A stretch of DNA of 32,000 bases from Acaryochloris marina S15 (GTDB taxonomy: Bacteria > Cyanobacteriota > Cyanobacteriia > Thermosynechococcales > Thermosynechococcaceae): NCBI RefSeq assembly GCF_018336915.1, contig NZ_CP064926.1, positions 30,001 to 62,000 of the forward strand, written 5' to 3'. Shown here piece after piece: positions 25,990 through 32,000 of the stretch (the first letter of the stretch is position 1; the number at the start of each line of letters is the position of its first letter). The notes beneath the pieces were generated by a model, which ran no database searches, was not told the origin of the DNA, and worked only from the letters and a program-made list of their open reading frames with translations. The position numbers and the translations under genes were made by a program.

Positions 25990-27475
25990 GGGCGTAAGCA
26001 AAGGATCGGGGATGCATGGCTCAAAGAAAAACGGGTCAAGGACAATAGATCCTGTACCCGAACCAAAAAACTATCATGACCCTACCATCGCAATTGCTAA
26101 CCGTGCTAGCCCATGACGAATTTCTAGAACAAACTGAAGCACTCAAAGTATCAACCAGCCTGAGTCAGATGGTTTATATCGTTCTGCAAATGGGCTTGTT
26201 TCTAGCTCGCTGTCTTCTGGAGGATGAACTCTCAAGGCGCGCGAAAGCAGTATTTGTATGGCCTGTATGTACTACCTGCGGAACCCGCTTACATTCGAAG
26301 GGATGGGAATCTCGTCAGATGCAGACACTGGTAGGCACTATCTCTTGAAAGCGACGGGTGGGCCGTTGTCCCAAAGGATGTCCAGGCAGTCTGTTGACTC
26401 CCCTGGATCAAGCCATTGGGATTGCCCCCTATCAGCACAGCAGCGAAGAACTGGTGCGTCTGGGCTGCTTGTTGAGTCTGTTCATGCCCTATGAACTGGC
26501 CAGTTGGATGCTGGGTCAGTGGAGTGGTCTATCCGTGAGTCCATCCAGTTTGTGGAACTGGGTGCAATCCGTGGGTAACAAAGCTCAGCAGGAATTAGAA
26601 GCTCAACTCAACGCTCAATCATCAGGGACTCAGGCCCCTTGTGAAGCGATTTCAGAGATGTTATCTGCTCTACCTTTGGCCATTGCCGCCGATGGTGTGA
26701 TGGTCCCCTTTCGCCCCACCCCGAACTCACCCAAGGGAAAAATCCAGTGGCGAGAAGTCAAAGTCGCCATCTTAGCTCGCCTGGGAACACGGGTTACCCG
26801 AGCTAAAAAGGAGGTCCCCCAATTACTGCGTCGAAGACTGGTGGCAGTATTGGGCGATATCGACCAGTTCATCCCTTTACTTCAACTCGAAGCTCACAAA
26901 CAAGACTTTGAATCTGCTCCAAAAGTCATCTGGCTCAGTGATGGGGGACGAGGCTTCTGGCGAGTCTATCGCACCTTGTTCTCTCATTGTGCTGTGGCAG
27001 TCCTCGACTTTTTTCATTCAGCAGGCCATCTGGCACGAGCAACTAAAGCGATGTTTGGAGATGCCCGCTCTGCTCAAGCCCAAGCCTGGTTCCGGCACTG
27101 GCGACACCAATTGCGACACGGGCAACACCTACTTGTATTACGGTCCTTGACGATATTGATTCACTCACAACTGTTAACGGGAAAGTCTTTTTCAACGTTG
27201 CTCCAGGTGCAGGCTTATTTCCAACGCCATCATAACCACATCCGTTATCGGCACTTTGAACAGCAACAGATTCCTCTCGGGTCAGGAATGGTTGAAAGTG
27301 CATGCAAGTGGTTGATTCAGCAGCGCTTTAAGGGAGTTGGCATGCGCTGGAGTGAGGATGGTTTCAACCATTTACTGATCTTGAGAATTGCCTGGGTCAA
27401 TGAACGGTTTGACTCCTTATTCCCAGAGGTGACCATTCCGAAAACTAAGGCATCCCCGATCCGCTAAATACGCCC
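25990..27475 (+). mobile_element. ISKra4-like insertion sequence, copy B (1486 bp), inverted relative to copy A, with its own 9-bp target duplication
   Basis: It is flanked by TGTATTGGA at 25981-25989 and 27476-27484. The encoded ORFs are identical in amino-acid sequence to copy A. Confidence 0.9.
26076..27467 (+). CDS. Transposase (ISKra4-like), two same-frame ORFs separated by TGA at 26346-26348
   Basis: 26076 and 26358 are in the same frame (the difference, 282, is divisible by 3). The sequence reads ATC TCT TGA AAG CGA CGG GTG GGC CGT TGT. Confidence 0.8.
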
Positions 27476-28179
27476 TGTATTGGATGAAGTTGATTTAATG
27501 CTGCAGACGAATCAAGAGACCAGTGAATATGAGGTTTTCTTCAGGCGAATAATTGAGGAAAAACATCAAAGTTGCGTTTGGCTGACTGCTAATTGTTTTC
27601 CTGAAGGCTTATCCAACTACAAAAACATGGGTTTCCCGTTTGAAAGCTTGCACTTAGGCCCACTCCAAGCTAACGAAGTACAGAAGCTCGTTGAGTCACA
27701 TGGAATTACATTTGATGCCGACTGGGAAAAGATGGTCCACACTTGTATGGGCAATCCACTTCTCCTGCATTCTGTTCTTAGAAAGGTCTCAAAGGTACTT
27801 GGAGGGCAGGCTGACTTAGTTAACCAAAAAACAAGTCTGGCACTAAACGAATTTGAGTACCTACTTAATAAACTATTTACCAATACCAATGATATTAAAG
27901 AATTAGAGATCATCGTACTTTGCACAATTGCATCTATTGATCGAACTCAAAGCGGTATATCGTTATTAGCATTAACTCAAAACATCCTAGAAAATCATCC
28001 AGATATATCTGAGCTGGATATATTCAATAGCCTTGAACGCCTTCAAAACCATAATTTACTGAGTCTTGTAACAGATACAGGATCAATAGAGATTGTGATG
28101 GTAGACATAATTAAGAAGTATATTTTACGGAATTATATAAATAATGACCAAAATACCTCATCTATCTTGACCTAGATCA

Positions 28180-29913
28180 GTGTCTTACTGTATTAATCCA
28201 AATTGCACTCAACGAGAGAATCCACCTGGCATTGATTTATGCCAAGGGTGTGGCACCTCTTTGCTGATCAAAGATAAGTACAGGCTCTTGTGCCCCATAC
28301 GCTCTTTGGATACGAGCAAACAGCTTTACCCCTCTGAGACTGAAATTTTTGAGTGCGTTGATACTACTGGAAACCCTAAAGATCCCCCAAACACTCCAAA
28401 AATTTTCAAAATCCTCAATACAGAAGACCCTAAGCTTAAGCAACTTGCGAAGAGGGAAGCCTATGCTCTGATGGGATTATATGAATACCCTAATACGCCT
28501 AAAGTTCACATCCATGACTATTTCGAGTATCAGGATGAGCATTTCTCAGACACGCTGATCTGCACTGCCATTGAGAAAATTGAAGGGGTAGATCTAAAAG
28601 TATGGCTTGCTGAGCATGGCCAGGCTAACTCTACACAGCTCAAGGATTGGTTAGGGCAACTATGTGAAATTCTGGCAGTTGTTCATGAGAAAAATCTATT
28701 CCATCGAGATATCAAGCCTTCCAATATCATGATCCGACCGGATGGCAGGTTAGTATTGATTGATTTTGGGACTGTTCGGAAAATTACCAATACCTATATC
28801 GCCAAATTGAGCGGCCCAGACAACAAATCACCGATACAAGGGGCTACAGATGTGACGATGGTACGCACATTTGGTTATTCTCCCCCGGAACAGCTCTATG
28901 GCAAAGCTATGCCGCAATCCGACTTCTATGCCTTGGGGCGAACGATGATTCACTTAGCCACGGGAGTCCACCCCAATAATTTACCGGATGACGATGATCG
29001 ATTGTCATGGCGAGATCAGGCTGAGAGTATCGATCTAGACCTTGCTGACTTGATTGATCGCCTTTGTGATCCTATTCCCACTGAACGCCCCAAGAATACC
29101 GCTGAAATCCTGGCGGATCTCGCCCATCCTCCTCGAACAACCGCTGTCTCTATACGACCAAACTTCCTTCAGTCAAAATGGATTTATGTAGCTATAGGTA
29201 TGGGTATTGCAGTAGCCATTAACTGGGGCGTGATCCACTATCTCCAACCCGGTGAGATGTTGTCTGCTCGACAACATCTCACTCAAGGTTTGTCTGAGCT
29301 TAGGGTTCATAATTTAGCTGCAGCTCAAGCTTCTCTCTCTGAATCCATTCGGCTTAATCCGAAGAACGAAGAAGCCCATTACTATTTAGCGTTTACTTGT
29401 GCTGAAGTTCGTAATCATGATTGCGCCCTAAATCATTACAAAAAGGCCATTGACCTCAATCCCAATGACTGGGAAAGCCAATTTGCCTTGGCGAGTCTCT
29501 ATGAAAAACTAGAAAAGGAAGACCAGGCTAAACCCCTACTGGAGTCTGCCCATAAGATTGATCCCAAAGCACCTGAACCGCTCAATAACCTAGCTCGTTT
29601 GGCACTTTTAGAAGGTAATGCAAGCGAAGGTCAACAACTGGCCCAAAAAGCGCTCAAGCTAACAAAAAGGCCCATTATGAAGTCCATCATATACAAGAAC
29701 TTAGGCTGGGCTGCTCTCCTCCAAAAGGATCAGAAACTGGCCTATCAGTATCTGAATAAATCGATTGAGTTCAACCCTGAACTCCCTGATCCCCATTGTC
29801 TCCTCAATCAGATAGAGCCTAGTCTTGAGTATCGAGAAGCCTGCATTAGACTAATTTCAGAGCGATCAGAGGGCCGTCAATGGCGCAAGGTATTATTGGA
29901 GAAAGAAAACTAA
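28180..29913 (+). CDS. Hanks-type Ser/Thr protein kinase with N-terminal 4-Cys zinc ribbon, one TM helix and C-terminal TPR repeats
   Basis: The zinc ribbon is CINPNCTQRENPPGIDLCQGCG. The catalytic loop HRDIKPSN is at about 28702-28725, with DFG at 28762-28770 and SPPEQ following. The TM helix is WIYVAIGMGIAVAINWGVIHYL. TPR-like repeats follow (..AHYYLAFTCAEVRNHDCALNHYKKAIDLNPND..). The GTG start lies 4 nt after the STAND stop. Confidence 0.85.
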   Translation: MSYCINPNCTQRENPPGIDLCQGCGTSLLIKDKYRLLCPIRSLDTSKQLYPSETEIFECVDTTGNPKDPPNTPKIFKILNTEDPKLKQLAKREAYALMGLYEYPNTPKVHIHDYFEYQDEHFSDTLICTAIEKIEGVDLKVWLAEHGQANSTQLKDWLGQLCEILAVVHEKNLFHRDIKPSNIMIRPDGRLVLIDFGTVRKITNTYIAKLSGPDNKSPIQGATDVTMVRTFGYSPPEQLYGKAMPQSDFYALGRTMIHLATGVHPNNLPDDDDRLSWRDQAESIDLDLADLIDRLCDPIPTERPKNTAEILADLAHPPRTTAVSIRPNFLQSKWIYVAIGMGIAVAINWGVIHYLQPGEMLSARQHLTQGLSELRVHNLAAAQASLSESIRLNPKNEEAHYYLAFTCAEVRNHDCALNHYKKAIDLNPNDWESQFALASLYEKLEKEDQAKPLLESAHKIDPKAPEPLNNLARLALLEGNASEGQQLAQKALKLTKRPIMKSIIYKNLGWAALLQKDQKLAYQYLNKSIEFNPELPDPHCLLNQIEPSLEYREACIRLISERSEGRQWRKVLLEKEN

Positions 29914-29965
29914 AGCTTAAGGAATATTTTCTGCTAATCTATTCCTTAATTAAAGAATAATTTGT

Positions 29966-30856
29966 ATGGATAAATTTTTTTCTAGGAATTATTTAGGGTT
30001 AGTAACTTTGGGGGGAGTTGCAATTCAAACCCTGGTTCCTACTATTCCTGTTATTGCTGAACCGATAAAAAAATGTCCACCCGTTATCCGTTCACTGAAG
30101 ACGAATCGGCTTTACTGTGCTCATGAGTTAAAGGTGCTTCAACGGAAGAGAATGGCGGAAAAAGATGCAGGTTTTCTCTGTCTCCTAGTCCGAGCGCTTA
30201 TTCCCGCAAATGACTGGATTAAAACGAATCAATGCTTCCCAAAAACCAATTTTTCCAGTGAAACGGGGAAAAAGATTATTCCCAGGCCCAAGGGATCGAG
30301 AACGGCATTCAAACTGTTGAAGCCATTGGGAAACATACAACTCACACCTCAACCGATCATCGCTTGGCAACCCGTTCCCCAGGCCCGATATCGCATCACG
30401 GTCGAACATGGGGGTCGATGGCTATGGTCTCATACAACCAAAACCACAGAAATCCCCCTCCCTGCTTCTAAGCCGTTAAAGGAGGGTAACACCTATAAAA
30501 TCAGTGTCGTTGCCTTCAGGGATAACCAACCGATTGCGGAGGATATCACCACGATTCGGTTAGTCAAATCTCAACAGATCCAAGGCATTGACAATCTGAT
30601 TCAGCAAGCCCGCAACCTTGCTCCAGATCCTCTTAGTCGAGGATTAGACAAGGCGATGATGCTATACCATTTGGGGCTATTAGATGCTGCTGTTAAGGAG
30701 TTACGCGCCCTCACCCAATATCAAGAGCCAGAGGTGTACTCCCAATTGGGCTTAATTCACCAGGAAGCGGGACATCAGGACATGGCTCAAGACTATTTTG
30801 ACAAAGCCTCAGAACTCGCTAAGCGTCCATCTAAGCCCATCTCACAGTTGAACTAG
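29966..30856 (+). CDS. Secreted/periplasmic protein with beta-rich middle and C-terminal TPR-like helices
   Basis: An N-terminal hydrophobic signal (..YLGLVTLGGVAIQTLVPTIPVIAEP) is followed by ..PIIAWQPVPQARYRITVEHGGRWLWSHTT..GNTYKISVVAF.. The C-terminus reads ..AMMLYHLGLLDAAVKELRAL..YSQLGLIHQEAGHQDMAQDYFDKA.. It overlaps the CHAT gene end by 15 bp in convergent orientation. Confidence 0.6.
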   Translation: MDKFFSRNYLGLVTLGGVAIQTLVPTIPVIAEPIKKCPPVIRSLKTNRLYCAHELKVLQRKRMAEKDAGFLCLLVRALIPANDWIKTNQCFPKTNFSSETGKKIIPRPKGSRTAFKLLKPLGNIQLTPQPIIAWQPVPQARYRITVEHGGRWLWSHTTKTTEIPLPASKPLKEGNTYKISVVAFRDNQPIAEDITTIRLVKSQQIQGIDNLIQQARNLAPDPLSRGLDKAMMLYHLGLLDAAVKELRALTQYQEPEVYSQLGLIHQEAGHQDMAQDYFDKASELAKRPSKPISQLN

Positions 30857-32000
30857 GACGTAATTAGCCCAATAGTAGGGATGGCCATAGTCTGATCTTA
30901 AAAGCTTCAATTGAGCCTGTCTCAACCGTTCATGCATCGACCGGGTTTTGTTGATATCGGCGTAAAACGCTCGGGACAACAGTACAGACGCAGCAGCATC
31001 CGCTGACCACAGGGAGGCGACCGTATTTCTCGCCCCCGATTGAGCGGATAGACCCGCTAATCCCAACAATGATCTCGGATCCCCTGCGGCACTGTGGCAG
31101 GCGCTTAAAAACAGCAGATCCAGTCCTTCGCCATCCGCTTCTAGAACTCCACTAATCTCTTGGACAGTCAAGGGCCGGTCCCACGCTAACAGAAAGGTCT
31201 GAGTTGGATCTGAGCTAAATTGCCCGTGGGTACTTAAGTGAAGGATCTTGGCGGTGGGCCGTGCCACATTATCCAATAAGTTATCGTGGGTAAAATCTTG
31301 ATTGAGTAAAAGCTTCGCATCCGGGTATTGAGTCTGAATCGCATCGACTTCTTGGGCGACTTCTGGCAAGGGTTCCAATAAGGTTTCTTCTAAGCTGGGG
31401 CTTTGGGTAGAGACTCCCCCGATAACGACGCCAGGCTGATTGGATGAGTTGTAGGAGGTTTTCACATAACCATTCGACAGGGCGATGGGGTTGCGTTCAA
31501 TCAGATACCGTTCACCATCATGGAGAAACCCCATTGGAATATTTTGGAGCGGCCCATTCAGGTGAAATTTGATGGGGACATTTTCTGGTATCAGTTTTTG
31601 GGATAGGGCTGGGGCCAGAATAAGCTGGTGCAACGATTGGGCGAGGGGCAGGTATTGCTCTGGGGTGGTGTCAAAGAACCGTTTATCCTGAATCATCGTC
31701 GTTATTTCAGCGGTGATGCGCTGGAGCTGCTCGGGGTCCACGGAATAGTGACGATCTCCCACGATCACCGTCGTTTGGTCAGCTAGATCCAGGATTTGCA
31801 CGACCACTTCACCAATGGGGTTTTGGTCGGCTAGAGGAGCTAGATTGGTCTCCCCACATCGAAGGTAGTTTTGTAATTCAGCGAGTCTCAAGCGTTGATT
31901 GGTTTGAGCTACGAGCTTTAAATTGGGGTTTTCTGATTTGAGCAGTAGGCCCATATACTGTTGGTATACGGGTTCCACTTCGGCTTTAAAGGAGAACTGC
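30842..32000 (-). CDS. CHAT-domain (caspase-like) protease, C-terminal part; N-terminus lies beyond the right window edge
   Basis: The caspase-type dyad is present in context: ..ILHLSTHGQF.. (His codon about 31226-31228) and ..LLFLSACHSAAGD.. (Cys codon about 31097-31099). The C-terminus ..YGHPYYWANYVLV.. is typical of CHAT. The frame stays open from 31978 to position 32000 (..QFSFKAEVEPVYQQ..). Confidence 0.8.
   Translation of the reverse strand, partial: QFSFKAEVEPVYQQYMGLLLKSENPNLKLVAQTNQRLRLAELQNYLRCGETNLAPLADQNPIGEVVVQILDLADQTTVIVGDRHYSVDPEQLQRITAEITTMIQDKRFFDTTPEQYLPLAQSLHQLILAPALSQKLIPENVPIKFHLNGPLQNIPMGFLHDGERYLIERNPIALSNGYVKTSYNSSNQPGVVIGGVSTQSPSLEETLLEPLPEVAQEVDAIQTQYPDAKLLLNQDFTHDNLLDNVARPTAKILHLSTHGQFSSDPTQTFLLAWDRPLTVQEISGVLEADGEGLDLLFLSACHSAAGDPRSLLGLAGLSAQSGARNTVASLWSADAAASVLLSRAFYADINKTRSMHERLRQAQLKLLRSDYGHPYYWANYVLVQL

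Larger units (their letters stand above)
25331..28175 (+). pseudogene. STAND-class P-loop NTPase (NB-ARC/NACHT-like) interrupted by ISKra4-like copy B; reconstruct as join(25349..25989,27485..28175)
   Basis: Walker A GIAGIGKT is at about 25751-25774. Removing the IS plus one TSD copy restores ..RCLIVLDEVDLMLQ.., a Walker B (hhhhDE). An N-terminal helical module of about 90 aa (..AAWDKIDYALAIKN..NYIRSDAGRKLWLMLSGHFGEKITK..) precedes the NTPase. There are no C-terminal repeat sensors. Confidence 0.75.

Noticed and set aside
21476-27475. Composite transposon or invertible segment bounded by the inverted ISKra4-like copies
   Set aside because: Each copy has its own matching 9-bp TSD (ATAGCGACT and TGTATTGGA), showing two independent simple insertions. 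Inversion by recombination remains possible, but there is no sign it has happened, because both TSD pairs are intact.
1-32000. CRISPR arrays, tRNA/rRNA genes, prophage structural genes
   Set aside because: No regularly spaced short repeats with unique spacers were seen. Nor was any tRNA-like or rRNA-like conserved sequence, or any capsid, tail or terminase-like translation. The only repeat arrays are the ATGCTAGGT clusters, which lack spacer regularity.

Overview
This window is mosaic, IS-riddled accessory DNA of cyanobacterial type, most likely from a plasmid or genomic island. The cyanobacterial call rests on HIP1 GCGATCGC at 521-528 and 3902-3909, an RpaB-like regulator, an RRM-type Rbp, a PTOX, a pentapeptide protein and a zinc-ribbon-prefixed Ser/Thr kinase. 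Layout: (1) 1-5665 holds a resolvase remnant, then a minus-strand quinol/NO module (qNOR norB, PTOX-type alternative oxidase, two membrane proteins, the last pair translationally coupled). A divergent Crp/Fnr regulator sits opposite it, with a perfect TTTGAC-N4-GTCAAA box between them. (2) There are five IS copies from three families: IS4-like 5654-7137, ISAs1-like 8114-9443 and 16913-18242, and ISKra4-like 21476-22961 and 25990-27475. Their inverted repeats and target duplications can be read directly, and they break or clip four genes. (3) 9.4-16.9 kb is a grab-bag of regulators: an OmpR/RpaB-like response regulator, a CYTH protein, a P-II-like protein, an RRM protein, and a sigma-70 factor followed by a secreted K/P-rich protein. 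(4) 18.8-25.3 kb carries a prim-pol-like replication protein and two tandem ParB/Srx-like paralogues bracketed by arrays of the 9-mer ATGCTAGGT. (5) 25.3-32 kb is the best candidate for a new system. It comprises a STAND NTPase split through its Walker B motif by an IS, a tightly coupled zinc-ribbon Ser/Thr kinase-TM-TPR protein, a secreted TPR protein, and a convergent CHAT (caspase-like) protease that runs off the window. No rRNA, tRNA or CRISPR array was seen. All functional calls rest on motif-level reading of the translations; no database search was possible.
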